Positions 1-10,135 are shown, counted from the stretch's first letter. The stretch is 64,000 nt of DNA from an uncultured Verrucomicrobiae bacterium (GCA_963836755.1 CAWIKF010000002.1:288001-352000); one strand, 5' to 3'. Notes: generated by a model from the sequence alone, not told the origin. A program made the numbers and translations.

Positions 1-486
1 GATTACCCGGCGGGCCCGCTTGCCGACAGCTTAAACCTCGTCGCGCGCATGATCGCCGGCGGGCTTCCGACGCGCGTTTATTACGTGAGCCAGGGCGGCT
101 ACGACACGCACACGAACGAAGCGCCGACGCATGACCGGCTCATGGCGGAGCTCAACGGCGCCTTGAGCGCTTTCGCGAAAGACCTGCAGGCGCAGGGAAA
201 TTTCTCGCGCGTGATGCTGATCACTTTCAGCGAATTCGGCCGGCGCGTTACACAAAACGCGAGCAATGGCACCGATCACGGCGCGGCGGCGCCGATGTTC
301 GTGATGGGCGGCGGAGTGAAGCCGGGAGTTTTTGGAAAATATCCTAGCCTGACGCAGCTTTACCAAGGCGACCTGGTCTACAACGTCGATTTCCGCAACG
401 TCTACGCGACCGTGCTGGAGAAATGGTTGCGTGCGCCGAGTGACGTCGTGCTCGGCCGGAAGTTCCCGCTGATGCCGATCGTCTAG
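1..486 (+). CDS. DUF1501 family protein, 5' truncated by window edge
   Basis: Frame 1 open from base 1; motifs GGYDTH, FSEFGRR, GTDHG, VDFRNVYAT typical of DUF1501. Confidence 0.85.
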   Translation, partial: DYPAGPLADSLNLVARMIAGGLPTRVYYVSQGGYDTHTNEAPTHDRLMAELNGALSAFAKDLQAQGNFSRVMLITFSEFGRRVTQNASNGTDHGAAAPMFVMGGGVKPGVFGKYPSLTQLYQGDLVYNVDFRNVYATVLEKWLRAPSDVVLGRKFPLMPIV

Positions 487-500
487 CCTTCTGGGGTGAA

Positions 501-547
501 AAGTCCGCGGCGGTTTTTTGGGGCCGCCGCGGACTTAATTTTTTTTC
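501..547. terminator. Intrinsic terminator between convergent genes
   Basis: 13-bp arms AAGTCCGCGGCGG/CCGCCGCGGACTT followed by a T tract. Confidence 0.75.
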
Positions 548-549
548 GC

Positions 550-978
550 TTAACGCGCGCTGTTGGGCGTGCCCGTGCCGGTTGTGCCCCTGATTCCGCT
601 GTTTCCACTGGAGCCGCTGCCCGTGCTGCTCGTCCCGGTGTTTGTCGACGAGCCGGGGGTTCCGAGCGAACCGCTGTTGCTGCCGCCGGTGTAGCCGGCA
701 CCTGGCGACGGCGAGGCCGATGGGCTCATGCCGGGAGACGCCGAACCGGTCGCCGTTCCCGTGCCGGTGGTCGTGCCCGTTCCAGTTCCGGAGAGATTCC
801 CGGTGCCGCCTGTGAGCGTGCCGGAACTGCCGACCGTGCCGCTACCCGAGGCTGTTCCAGTGGTGCCTGAGCTGCCGGCGCCAGCGGATCCGGAGGAGCC
901 GGCCGTTTGTGCGAAAGCCACTCCCGCTGCCATCATGACTGCGGTCGCGACCAATGATTTCTTTAAGTTTAATTTCAT
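550..978 (-). CDS. Secreted Gly/Ser/Thr-rich low-complexity protein (142 aa)
   Basis: Signal peptide MKLNLKKSLVATAVMMAAGVAFAQ then G/S/T/P-rich body; start at ATG 978. Confidence 0.75.
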   Translation of the reverse strand: MKLNLKKSLVATAVMMAAGVAFAQTAGSSGSAGAGSSGTTGTASGSGTVGSSGTLTGGTGNLSGTGTGTTTGTGTATGSASPGMSPSASPSPGAGYTGGSNSGSLGTPGSSTNTGTSSTGSGSSGNSGIRGTTGTGTPNSAR

Positions 979-1049
979 ACGCAGAGGAATCGGCGGCGAC
1001 TGAGCATTCCGCCTACGCGCGTTGTCTGATCGCCTCGTCGGGCGAAGGA

Positions 1050-1400
1050 TTAAGCGGATCCCTTCGCGTCGCTCGCGCGATATTTGATCACGCGCACATC
1101 CTCCAGCGTCACGAGTCCTTCCTGCACCATTTCGTCGAGAATTGGAAGGAACGCCTCGATCTTTTCCGCGGCATCGACGATCTCGATCACGATCGGCAGA
1201 TCCATCGAGAGGCGCAGAATCTTCGCCGTATGCAGATGGCTCTTCGCGCCAAAACCCATTGGCCCGCGCATCACCGTCGCACCGGCGAGACCGGCTTCGC
1301 GCGCTTTTAGCACGATCGCTTCGTAAAGCGGACGATGCTGCCACCGATCGCTTTCGCCGATGAAAATGCGCAGCAATTGCCCGGACTCTGGAAGTTTCAT
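1050..1400 (-). CDS. DUF190 family PII-like protein
   Basis: LLRIFIGESD..PLYEAIV..GLAGATV.RG.MGFG..LS.DLPIVIEIVD; overlaps crcB stop, the usual pairing. Confidence 0.9.
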   Translation of the reverse strand: MKLPESGQLLRIFIGESDRWQHRPLYEAIVLKAREAGLAGATVMRGPMGFGAKSHLHTAKILRLSMDLPIVIEIVDAAEKIEAFLPILDEMVQEGLVTLEDVRVIKYRASDAKGSA

Positions 1401-1783
1401 TTGTTTAAAAGTCCGGCAGACATGTGTCCGAGGCAGACGCCCGCCAGGCAGAGCGCCACGGAGAGCAAAATATTCAGCGACGCGTAGAGCCATTCGCCGT
1501 CGCGCGCGAGCCCGAGCGTCTGCAGGCTGAACGACGAGAACGTCGTGTAGCCGCCACACAGGCCGATCATGAAAAATTGCCGGAGCTGCGGCGAGACGAG
1601 CAGCCGCCCGTCCGGATCGGTCAGCGTCGCGAAGAAGCCGATGACGAAAGAGCCGGTGACATTGACGACGAGCGTGCCCAGCGGAAAAAGTTCACCGAAG
1701 CGTTGCGCGACGATTCCCGAGACCCAGAAGCGCCCGATGCTGCCGAGCGCGCCGCCGAGGCCAACGAGAAAATACGTGAGCAT
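1397..1783 (-). CDS. crcB: Fluoride efflux channel CrcB/FluC
   Basis: GGALGSIGRF, GTLVVNVTGSF, GLCGGYTTFSSF signatures. Confidence 0.95.
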   Translation of the reverse strand: MLTYFLVGLGGALGSIGRFWVSGIVAQRFGELFPLGTLVVNVTGSFVIGFFATLTDPDGRLLVSPQLRQFFMIGLCGGYTTFSSFSLQTLGLARDGEWLYASLNILLSVALCLAGVCLGHMSAGLLNK

Positions 1784-1830
1784 GCCGATGCGCTATTTCA
1801 CGAAAGGTCGGGCCGCTTTGCAAAACAACT

Positions 1831-2193
1831 TCACATCCATCGCGTGATCGCCGCGCCTTTGCCGTCGCGAAATTTTCCCGCCGCGAGCCGGATGCAATCA
1901 ACCATCGGCACGAGCCCGATCGCCGCGAAAAGCGTCAGCGGCCCGAGCGCGGAGCCGTGCGTGTCCGCCCACGCCTGAACCTCGTCGATTGTTGTCAATT
2001 GCATCAACCCGGCGCATGAATTTTGCAGCCAGTAAAAGCTCGCGAGTGACGCGGCGAGCAGAATCGCGCCGCTGATGAAACGCCCGACGTAAAAACGATG
2101 CACGCCGAGGAACCCGATCAGCGCGCCGAGCAAAAGCGCCGGCAAAATCCGTTTATCGGATGGAAGCGGGGGCGGTGAAATCGCGGCAGACAT
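1831..2193 (-). CDS. TM2 domain membrane protein
   Basis: GFLGVHRFYVG motif and hydrophobic helices. Confidence 0.8.
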   Translation of the reverse strand: MSAAISPPPLPSDKRILPALLLGALIGFLGVHRFYVGRFISGAILLAASLASFYWLQNSCAGLMQLTTIDEVQAWADTHGSALGPLTLFAAIGLVPMVDCIRLAAGKFRDGKGAAITRWM

Positions 2194-2226
2194 CAGCGGC
2201 GGGACGAGCGCTCCGCAACCTTCTTC

Positions 2227-2439
2227 TCACACCCACTTCGTGATCCTGATTCCCTGCTTGTCGGTAAATGCACCGCAAACGATGAGGACCAAATCGATCA
2301 TCGCCCAGATTCCAGCACCGCCGGCCGTCACGAGTTGGAGCAACGCGGTGCCAGTTTTGCCGACGTAAAAACGATGCGCGCCGAAGATGCCGAAAAAGAA
2401 CGCAAGGATCGCGGCGGGAAGAATGCGTTTGTCGGTCAT
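2227..2439 (-). CDS. TM2 domain membrane protein (short paralogue)
   Basis: FFGIFGAHRFYVGK..GIWAMIDL motif. Confidence 0.85.
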   Translation of the reverse strand: MTDKRILPAAILAFFFGIFGAHRFYVGKTGTALLQLVTAGGAGIWAMIDLVLIVCGAFTDKQGIRITKWV

Positions 2440-2448
2440 CGGTCGTTT

Positions 2449-3474
2449 TTAGTAATCGGCCTGCGCGCCCTTGATGTTTTTCTTTTTGATCCACGGCATC
2501 AAGCCGCGGAGGCGCTCGCCGGTCTTTTCGATCGGATGTTTTTCGCCGGCGGCGAGGAGCTTCTTGTAATTTTTGTAGCCGCCCTCGTATTCGGCGACCC
2601 AGCCCTTCGCAAATTTTCCGGTCTGGATGTCCTTGAGCGCCGCTTTCATCCGCTTCTTCACGCCGGCGTCGATGATCTTCGGGCCGACGCTCACGTCGCC
2701 CCATTTCGCCGTCTCGGAAATGGAAAAGCGCATGCCGGCGATGCCCGCTTCGTTCATCAAGTCGACGATCAACTTCAGCTCGTGGAGACATTCGAAATAC
2801 GCCATTTCCGGCGAATATCCAGCTTCGGTCAGCACTTCAAAACCCGCCTGCACCAGCGCACTCGCGCCGCCGCACAGCACGGTTTGCTCGCCGAAAAGAT
2901 CGGTCTCCGTCTCTTCCTTGAAGCTGGTTTCGATCACGCCGCCGCGCGTCCCGCCGATTCCCTTTGCCCACGCGAGCGCGACTTTTTTCGCCTGCTTGCT
3001 CGGGTTTTGATAAATCGCGATCAACGCGGGCACGCCTTTGCCCTCGGTGTATTGGCGGCGCACGATGTGGCCCGGGCCTTTCGGCGCGACCATGATCACG
3101 TCCACGTCTTTCGGCGCGACGATGGTTTTGAAATGAATCGCGAACCCGTGCGAGAACAGCAGCGTCTTTCCCTTCGTCAAATTCGGCGCGATGTCCTTGT
3201 TGTAAACCGCGGGAATCTTCGTGTCCGGCACCGCGACGAAGATCACGTCCGCGCGCTTCACCGCTTCCGCAGTGTCGAAAACCTCGAGCCCTTTTTCCTT
3301 GGCGACCGCGCGCGATTTGCTCGAGGGATAAAGCCCGACGATCACTTTGACGCCACTGTCGCGCAGATTGAGCGCGTGCGCGTGGCCTTGCGAGCCGAAG
3401 CCGATTACGGCGCAGGTTTTGTTCTTGAGAGCGGAGAGGTCGGCGTCTTTGTCGGAGTAAATTTTCGCGGGCAT
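2449..3474 (-). CDS. ilvC: Ketol-acid reductoisomerase
   Basis: [42 protein letters not shown]. Confidence 0.98.
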   Translation of the reverse strand: MPAKIYSDKDADLSALKNKTCAVIGFGSQGHAHALNLRDSGVKVIVGLYPSSKSRAVAKEKGLEVFDTAEAVKRADVIFVAVPDTKIPAVYNKDIAPNLTKGKTLLFSHGFAIHFKTIVAPKDVDVIMVAPKGPGHIVRRQYTEGKGVPALIAIYQNPSKQAKKVALAWAKGIGGTRGGVIETSFKEETETDLFGEQTVLCGGASALVQAGFEVLTEAGYSPEMAYFECLHELKLIVDLMNEAGIAGMRFSISETAKWGDVSVGPKIIDAGVKKRMKAALKDIQTGKFAKGWVAEYEGGYKNYKKLLAAGEKHPIEKTGERLRGLMPWIKKKNIKGAQADY

Positions 3475-3671
3475 AAATGGAGATTAGAAAGGAGCGCAGA
3501 TGCTAGATAGAACGAGCGCGATGTCAATCTTCGCGCGGCAATTTGAGCGCGTCGTTCGCGATGTTTTCAAAGTCCGCAAAGACAAAAACGCGCGTAATCT
3601 TTGCGAAATCTCGGACTGGACAAGCGGCGGGCGAGACTGAATAGTTTGCGTCCTTTCCCTGGAAGGTTTTC

Positions 3672-4283
3672 ATGAGTGCCGTTTTATTTTTCAAAAGATT
3701 CCTCCAGCGCCCGATGCAGGTGGCTTCCATCATCCCGAGCTCGCGCGCGCTCGTGGGCAAAGTTTCCAGCAAGTTTGATTTTTCGGAGCCGCGCGTGATC
3801 GCGGAGTTCGGGCCGGGCGAAGGATGTCACACGCGGGAAATCGCGCGACGGATGCACCCGGGCTCGACGTTGCTGCTTTTCGAGCTCGATCCGGAGCTGG
3901 CGAATCATCTGCGCGTGCAGTTCCGCGACGATGAGCGCGTGGCGGTGATCAATGGCGACTGCGCGTCTCTGCCGCAGGAACTGGCGCAGCGCGGGATCGC
4001 CTTTTGCGATTATGTCGTTTCGGGCATTCCATTCAGCACGATGGAGATCGGGAAAAAGCGGGAGATTTTGCGCGGGATTTTTGATTCGCTGCGGCCGACG
4101 CATCACGCGGCGTTCATCATTTACCAAGTGACGAACGAGCTGCGCGGGCACGCAAAACTTTTCCCGCGCGTGCAGTCGGAGTATTGCCTGCAAAACATTC
4201 CGCCGATGTTCGTGACCGTGTTTTTCAAGCAACCGCTCAACGGCCACTCGAACGGAAACGGGAACGGCAACGGGAAACATTGA
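3672..4283 (+). CDS. Class I SAM methyltransferase, phospholipid N-methyltransferase (PmtA-like)
   Basis: VASIIPSS, EFGPGEG SAM motif, VVSGIPF, NIPP. Confidence 0.75.
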   Translation: MSAVLFFKRFLQRPMQVASIIPSSRALVGKVSSKFDFSEPRVIAEFGPGEGCHTREIARRMHPGSTLLLFELDPELANHLRVQFRDDERVAVINGDCASLPQELAQRGIAFCDYVVSGIPFSTMEIGKKREILRGIFDSLRPTHHAAFIIYQVTNELRGHAKLFPRVQSEYCLQNIPPMFVTVFFKQPLNGHSNGNGNGNGKH

Positions 4284-4292
4284 TTCGCAGCG

Positions 4293-5705
4293 ATGGCTGA
4301 GACGCGCACGGAAAAGGATTCGATGGGGGCGATGGAAGTTCCCGCCGATGCGCTCTACGGCGCCAGCACGCAGCGCGCGGTGCTCAATTTTCCGATCAGC
4401 GGCTATCGTTTCTCGCGGGAGTTCATCAGCGCGCTCGGATTGGTGAAATGGGCTGCCGCGGAGGCGAACCACGAGCTCGGCAAGCTCGACCAGGAGAGCG
4501 TGGCGCTGATCGCGCGCGCGGCGCAGGAGATGATCGAGGGAAAGCTCGATGCGCATTTTCCGGTCGATATTTTCCAGACTGGCTCCGGCACGAGCACAAA
4601 CATGAATGCGAACGAGGTGCTCGCAAACCGTTGCTCGCAGCTCGCGGGGAAGCCCATCGGCTCAAAGGATCCGGTGCATCCGAACGACCACGTGAACATG
4701 GGCCAATCGAGCAACGACGTGATCCCGACGGCGATCCACATCGCAGTCGGCGAGGCGCTGCGCAACGATTTGATGCCGGCGCTCGATGCACTGCACGGCG
4801 CGCTGGCGCGGAAGGCGGCGCAGTTTTGGGAAGTGATCAAAATCGGCCGCACGCATTTGATGGACGCGACGCCGATCCGGCTCGGCCAGGAATTTTCCGG
4901 TTACGCGCAGCAGGTCGAATACGGAAAATTGCGCGCGGGCAACGCGCTTTCAGCCATCGAGGAGCTCGCGCTCGGCGGCACGGCCGTCGGCACGGGATTG
5001 AATTGCCACCCGGAATTTCCGGGACGCGTGATGCGGCATTTGTGGAACCGCACCGGCATTTCGTTCCGCGAAGCGCACAATCATTTCGAGGCGCAGGCGG
5101 CGAAGGATGGGCTCGTGCAGGCGAGCGGGCAGTTGAAAACAATCGCGGTCAGTTTGTTTAAAATCGCCAATGACATTCGCTGGCTCAGCAGCGGCCCGCG
5201 CTGCGGGATCGGCGAGATTCGGCTGCCGGAGACGCAGCCCGGCTCCTCGATCATGCCCGGCAAAGTCAACCCCGTCATGTGCGAAGCGATGATGCAGGTT
5301 TGCGCGCAAGTGATCGGCAACGACACGACGGTGACGTGGGCGGGCGCGAACGGGAACTTTGATCTCAATGTGATGATGCCGGTGCTCGCACACAATATTT
5401 TGGAAAGCATCCGGCTCCTCTCGAATGTCAGCCGCGTCTTCGCGGAGCGTTGCGTCAATGGCATCGCGGCGAACATCGAGCGCTGCAATGACCTCGTGGA
5501 ATATTCGATGGCGATGGTCACGAGCCTCGCCCCAATCATCGGCTACGACCGCGCTGCGGAAATCGCAAAGGAATCGGCGAAGACGGGAAAAACGGTGCGC
5601 GAACTTTGTCGCGAGCAGCATGTTTTACCCGAAGAGGAATTGAAGCGAGCACTCGATCCGGTGGAAATGACGAAGCCCGGGGGCGAGGGAAGCGCCGGCG
5701 GTTAG
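4293..5705 (+). CDS. fumC: Class II fumarate hydratase
   Basis: QTGSGTSTNMNANEV, GRTHLMDATP, GSSIMPGKVNP. Confidence 0.97.
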   Translation: MAETRTEKDSMGAMEVPADALYGASTQRAVLNFPISGYRFSREFISALGLVKWAAAEANHELGKLDQESVALIARAAQEMIEGKLDAHFPVDIFQTGSGTSTNMNANEVLANRCSQLAGKPIGSKDPVHPNDHVNMGQSSNDVIPTAIHIAVGEALRNDLMPALDALHGALARKAAQFWEVIKIGRTHLMDATPIRLGQEFSGYAQQVEYGKLRAGNALSAIEELALGGTAVGTGLNCHPEFPGRVMRHLWNRTGISFREAHNHFEAQAAKDGLVQASGQLKTIAVSLFKIANDIRWLSSGPRCGIGEIRLPETQPGSSIMPGKVNPVMCEAMMQVCAQVIGNDTTVTWAGANGNFDLNVMMPVLAHNILESIRLLSNVSRVFAERCVNGIAANIERCNDLVEYSMAMVTSLAPIIGYDRAAEIAKESAKTGKTVRELCREQHVLPEEELKRALDPVEMTKPGGEGSAGG

Positions 5706-5714
5706 CGACGCGCG

Positions 5715-6254
5715 CTAATTTCCCATTTCCTCGTAGCCGCCGAGTTTTTCCGGCGGCGTCGCGTTTTCGGGATAGCGAAATTCCTTGTGCCGCGCCTGGC
5801 CGCCTGCAAAGGCGATCCACGCACCGAGCCCGAGCACAACGCATGAAAAAAGGAGCGTCACGAGATTGAGCGGCAGTGCGCTCTTTGGCACTTTCCACGG
5901 CAACGCTGCTGCCACGGCGGCGAACACTGCGAGCGCGTAAAATGCCGGAAGCGCGCGCGTCGCGCGTTGGGCGTGCGCGTCGAGCCAATGCGCGCCGAGA
6001 TGGTCCGAGCGCGCCTCGATTGTGTCAAAAGATTGCTGGCCGAAAATGGCAACCGGCCACGCCATTGCGGCGCTAAGCGCGATGATCGAAAGCGCGATGA
6101 CTTGCGCCGCGCGGCTGCGGGCAAACATTCCGAGCACGAGCGCGAGCACGCCCATCGCGAGCCCGTAGATCGGCAGCGGATTTAAAAGAATGTGGAGATA
6201 CTCGGGCTTTTCAAAATGGCCCTGAAGCACCTGCCATGCACTCAGATGCTCCAC
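5715..6254 (-). CDS. Four-TM membrane protein, DUF2231-like
   Basis: Four hydrophobic helices with His at HILLNPLP, DAHAQRA and GGQARH. Confidence 0.6.
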   Translation of the reverse strand: MEHLSAWQVLQGHFEKPEYLHILLNPLPIYGLAMGVLALVLGMFARSRAAQVIALSIIALSAAMAWPVAIFGQQSFDTIEARSDHLGAHWLDAHAQRATRALPAFYALAVFAAVAAALPWKVPKSALPLNLVTLLFSCVVLGLGAWIAFAGGQARHKEFRYPENATPPEKLGGYEEMGN

Positions 6255-6257
6255 CGA

Positions 6258-6623
6258 TTACTTTTCGATCTCGGTATTTTCCAAAAGGTTCACACCGTCG
6301 CGTGTGACAGCTTTGCCTTTGAGCGTGACGGTTTTCCCCGCGTATTCGGCGAGTTCCTGGTTCATCGGTTTATGCGAGCCGATGACGGTGTAAACTTTTC
6401 CGTCTTCAGTTTTGATGCCAACAGGAAGACCGCTGCTGATGCATTTCTTCGCGCAGCCGGCGTGTTTTTCGCCCGACGCGCCGTGATCGGTGTAGCAGGC
6501 GAGATCGATGATTTCGCCTTTGACGGTCGTCATGTCCGCATCTTTTTCAGGAGCGGCGAAGACCGGCGCGGCGGAGAGAAAGCCAGTGGTGGCGATGGTA
6601 AGGAGCGCAGTGATTGTTTTCAT
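6258..6623 (-). CDS. Secreted protein with Cys/His motif
   Basis: Signal peptide; DLACY..H..HAGCAKKC..G.PVG; 3 bp from the next gene. Confidence 0.75.
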   Translation of the reverse strand: MKTITALLTIATTGFLSAAPVFAAPEKDADMTTVKGEIIDLACYTDHGASGEKHAGCAKKCISSGLPVGIKTEDGKVYTVIGSHKPMNQELAEYAGKTVTLKGKAVTRDGVNLLENTEIEK

Positions 6624-6678
6624 AATATGGATTTAAACGGGCGGGATTTTGTGTCCGTTCATTCAAGTAATCGCTTGC

Positions 6679-7105
6679 TTATGCCGTTCTGCGTGCCGCG
6701 GCGATATTTAAAATGGTGTTAAACTCCTGCGCAGTCAGCGGCATTACGGAAAGGCGGGAGTTTTTCAAAAGCGGAATCTTCGCGAGCTTTGGCTCCGCCT
6801 TGATCTCATCCAGTGTCACCGGCCGCTCGAGCGCGCGTTGTGGCGTGAGTTCCACGCAGACCCAATCGCCTTCGGTCGCGGTGGGATCGGGTTGCGCGGC
6901 GCGTGTGACCTCGGCTATGCCGACCGCCATTTTTCCGACGACGCTGTAATAATAGAGCACCGCGTCGCCGACGCGCATCGCCTTGAGATTGTTGCGAGCC
7001 TGATAATCTACGCACGCCGGTCCACGCGGTTCTGCCGTCGCGCACGAAATCCTCCCACGAATACGCGGTCGGCTCCTGTTTCACCATCCAATAGTTTCTG
7101 CTCAT
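6679..7105 (-). pseudogene. EVE domain protein split by a +1 frameshift near 7008
   Basis: YWMVKQEP..WTGVR in one frame, YQARNNLKAMRVGD..SRLSVMP in another; removing base 7008 restores GVRNYQARN. Confidence 0.85.
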
Positions 7106-7241
7106 GCCGAAAGTTTGCCGCGCGTCCGCAGAGCCCGCGAGAGTGGATTTCTGCGGACGTTTTTCCGGCGGCAGTTTTTCTCGCGGGAACTCATCGCTGG
7201 CATTGTCAAATTGCGCGGGGCGAGTTAAATGAATGTTCCCC

Positions 7242-8648
7242 ATGGCTGTCAAAACAGAGCAAGATTTATCCGACAACGCGCGGAGCCTTTGGCTGAAGGC
7301 GATCAGCGCGCTGGAGCTGCGCAACTTCGGCTACGCCATCTCGCTTTTGCAGGCGGTGTTGAAGGAGACGCCCGATTTTCTCGATGCGCGCAAGATGCTT
7401 CGCCGCTCGGAAGTGCAGGCGACGAAAGGCAAAAAAAGTTTTCTCTCCGGGATTTCCACGGCCTCGTTGAAAGGCGGGAGCATGGTCAAAAAAGATCCGG
7501 TCGCCGCAATGGAACTTGCCGAGAAATCGCTTGAGTCCGATCCGTATAATCATCAGGCAAACATGCTGCTGCGCGATGCAGCGAAAGCCGCGGGAATGCC
7601 CGAGGTTGCTGCTTTCGCGCTCGAAACGCTCGCCGAGGGAGCTCCGAAGGACACGAAGATTTTGCACGAGCTCGGCGCGCATTATTACGAAAACGGGCTC
7701 AGCGAAAAGGCGATTGATGTTTATACACGCATCGCGGAAATGAACCCGTCGGATTTGATTGCGATCAAGCGCGGCAAAGACGCGGCCGCGCGGCATTCGA
7801 TGGCGAGCGGCGGCTGGGAGGAAGTCGCGACTTCCGGCGGTTCAAAAGACTACCGCGATTTGATCAAGAACAAGGAAGAGGCGGTCTCGCTGGAGCAGCA
7901 AAATCGCGTGGTGAAAAGCGACGAAATGATCGAGCAGCAGCTCGGAGAGCTCGGTGAGAAATACGAACAAAATCCGCAAAATGTCGACGTGACGCGGCGC
8001 ATCGCCGCGCTTTACGAGCAGAAGGGTGACCTCGAAAATGCGCTGACCTGGTATAGCTACACGTCGGACCTGACGAAGGGCACCGACCCCGCCATGGCGC
8101 GAAAAGTTACCGACATCGGGCTGAAAATTTTGGAGGCAAAGATCGCCGAGTTCGAGTCGTGGCTCGCGGAAAATGGCGAAGCGGAAAATGCGCCGGAGGT
8201 GCGCGCGCAATATGACGAGTTGCGGAAACAAAAAGCCGATCTGCTCATCAGCGACGCGCGCAGGCGCGTGGAGCGCAACCCGACCGATTTGCAGTTTCGT
8301 TACGAGCTCGGCGAAGAGCTCGTCCGCGCCGGTATGCACACTGAGGCAATTCCTGAGCTGCAACGAGCGCGTCAAAACCCCAGCGTGCGTTTGAAAGCGA
8401 TGAACCTGCTCGGGCAATGCTACGTCGGGAAACACATGCTCGATCTCGCGAAAAATACTTTCGCGGCAGCGGTCGCCGAAATTCTCATCATGGACGACAA
8501 CAAAAAAGAGATGCTTTACCAGCTCGGTCTCGTCCACGAGCAGCTTCGTGAAAAGGAAAAGTATCTCGATTGCATGAAGCAAATTTACGAGATCGATTAC
8601 GGCTACCGCGATGTCGCGACGCGCGTCGAACAGAGCTACGGCGGCTGA
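7242..8648 (+). CDS. Tetratricopeptide repeat protein
   Basis: Long helical ORF with repeated TPR patterns (e.g. FRYELGEEL, MLYQLGLVH); start 7233 or 7242. Confidence 0.85.
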   Translation: MAVKTEQDLSDNARSLWLKAISALELRNFGYAISLLQAVLKETPDFLDARKMLRRSEVQATKGKKSFLSGISTASLKGGSMVKKDPVAAMELAEKSLESDPYNHQANMLLRDAAKAAGMPEVAAFALETLAEGAPKDTKILHELGAHYYENGLSEKAIDVYTRIAEMNPSDLIAIKRGKDAAARHSMASGGWEEVATSGGSKDYRDLIKNKEEAVSLEQQNRVVKSDEMIEQQLGELGEKYEQNPQNVDVTRRIAALYEQKGDLENALTWYSYTSDLTKGTDPAMARKVTDIGLKILEAKIAEFESWLAENGEAENAPEVRAQYDELRKQKADLLISDARRRVERNPTDLQFRYELGEELVRAGMHTEAIPELQRARQNPSVRLKAMNLLGQCYVGKHMLDLAKNTFAAAVAEILIMDDNKKEMLYQLGLVHEQLREKEKYLDCMKQIYEIDYGYRDVATRVEQSYGG

Positions 8649-8651
8649 TTT

Positions 8652-9716
8652 ATGAAAAGTCAGCGCGAGCAATATTATGATGTCGAGCGCATCATCGAAG
8701 TCGATTTCGTGCGCGCGACCGAGCACGCAGCGCTAAACGCGATTCAGTGGCTGGGCCGCGGCGAAAAGGAAACGGCGGATGCGGCGGCGTGCGATGCGAT
8801 TCGCGGGATGTTCGATTTGATGAACATCTGCGGCGAGGTGGTGATTGGCGAAGGGATCAAAGACAACGCGCCGGGAATTTTTAAAGGCGAGCATCTCGGG
8901 ACGTGGGTGCCCGGCTCGCTGAAGTTTGATCTCGCGCTCGACCCGATCGACGGGACGACGAACATCGCGAAAGGCGCGCCAAATTCGATCGCGTGTCTCG
9001 CGGCCGCCAGTCCGGAGGAAGGCGTGCGGTGCGCGCTCAAGGACATTCCCGCGTTTTACATGATGAAGCTCGCCTACGGGCCGCGCGTGATCGCTTACAT
9101 GGAGCGGACTGGCGTCGAAACGGTGCAGGTGCGCAACCCGATCGAGGAGACGATCATTTCCGTCGCGAAAGCCCTTCGCAAGCGGGTGCAGGATGTGATG
9201 GTGCTCGTAATGGATCGGCCGCGGCACGAGAAATTGATCGCGGAAGTGCGGCGCGTCGGCGCGGCTTTGCGGATGATTGGCGATGGCGACATCGCGGCGG
9301 CGATCGCGCCATCAATCGCGGACAGCGGCGTCGATTTGTATGTCGGAGTCGGCGGATCACCCGAAGCGGTTTTATCCGCGGCCGCACTGAAATGCCTCGG
9401 CGGCGATCTTCAATGCATGATGTGGCCGCGCGACGACGATGAACGGAAATCGATCATCGATGCCGGTTACGGCGAAGATTTAAACAAGGTTTTTTACGCC
9501 GATCATCTCGCACACGGCAGCAACATTATGTTTTGCGCGACCGGCATCAGCGACAGCGCGCTGCTTCGCGGTGTGCAGGTGCGTGGCCACACGGCGACCA
9601 CGCATTCAATCCTGATGCGCGCGAAGAGCCGCACGGTGCGCTACATCACGGCGCAGCACGATTTGCGGATGAAGACGATCCATTTGCGCTCCGATAATCG
9701 CGAGCACCGGATTTAA
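8652..9716 (+). CDS. glpX: Class II fructose-1,6-bisphosphatase
   Basis: VVIGEG, DPIDGT, MDRPRH, GDGDI, GGSPEAVL, ATGISD. Confidence 0.95.
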   Translation: MKSQREQYYDVERIIEVDFVRATEHAALNAIQWLGRGEKETADAAACDAIRGMFDLMNICGEVVIGEGIKDNAPGIFKGEHLGTWVPGSLKFDLALDPIDGTTNIAKGAPNSIACLAAASPEEGVRCALKDIPAFYMMKLAYGPRVIAYMERTGVETVQVRNPIEETIISVAKALRKRVQDVMVLVMDRPRHEKLIAEVRRVGAALRMIGDGDIAAAIAPSIADSGVDLYVGVGGSPEAVLSAAALKCLGGDLQCMMWPRDDDERKSIIDAGYGEDLNKVFYADHLAHGSNIMFCATGISDSALLRGVQVRGHTATTHSILMRAKSRTVRYITAQHDLRMKTIHLRSDNREHRI

Positions 9717-9736
9717 AAAAAGCGCGCGGCTTTTTT
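9715..9736. terminator. Possible short bidirectional terminator
   Basis: AAAAAAGC-GCGCG-GCTTTTTT between convergent stops; weak stem. Confidence 0.35.
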
Positions 9737-10052
9737 ACGAATAGCGGACGTCTTTGCCGGGTTCCATCTCGTAGTCAAGCGAGAGCCGTTCGGTCGTGTT
9801 TGGCTTGAGGACGTCCTCAATGTATTTCCAATGGATCGAGTCCTCGCGATAAATGGCGAGTTTGTCCATGGATTCGAAATCGAGCGCGATGAAGAACGGC
9901 CACTCGCATTTCGGATCGATTTTTTTCCCGCATTTCACGGAAAGAACCTCCGGAATTTTGAGCAGACTCATGCGCGTGTTCATCATCATTTCCTCGAGCT
10001 TCGCGGGCGTGACCTCGGGCTTGAGCTTGAAGAGAACGATGTGATGGACCAT
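9735..10052 (-). CDS. Dabb family stress-responsive A/B barrel protein
   Basis: MVHHIVLFKLK..FES..Y..H..DY pattern. Confidence 0.85.
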   Translation of the reverse strand: MVHHIVLFKLKPEVTPAKLEEMMMNTRMSLLKIPEVLSVKCGKKIDPKCEWPFFIALDFESMDKLAIYREDSIHWKYIEDVLKPNTTERLSLDYEMEPGKDVRYS

Positions 10053-10135
10053 GGGGCGTCGGTTTTACGGAGTCGCCTGAGAGCAGGCAAGGAATATTGA
10101 GGCGGAAAAGTGCGGCACAAACGGGCTCGGCCGAT

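Noticed and set aside
979..1830. Fluoride riboswitch near crcB
   Set aside because: The 47-bp gap upstream of crcB lacks the consensus; a vaguely similar stretch near 990-1048 is on the wrong strand and side
2335..3510. Long antisense or alternate-frame ORFs (e.g. 2335-3510, 10895-12163, 38608-39603)
   Set aside because: Shadows of real genes in high-GC DNA; no recognisable motifs
4239..4280. AACGGN repeats at the end of the methyltransferase
   Set aside because: Simple Asn-Gly low-complexity tail
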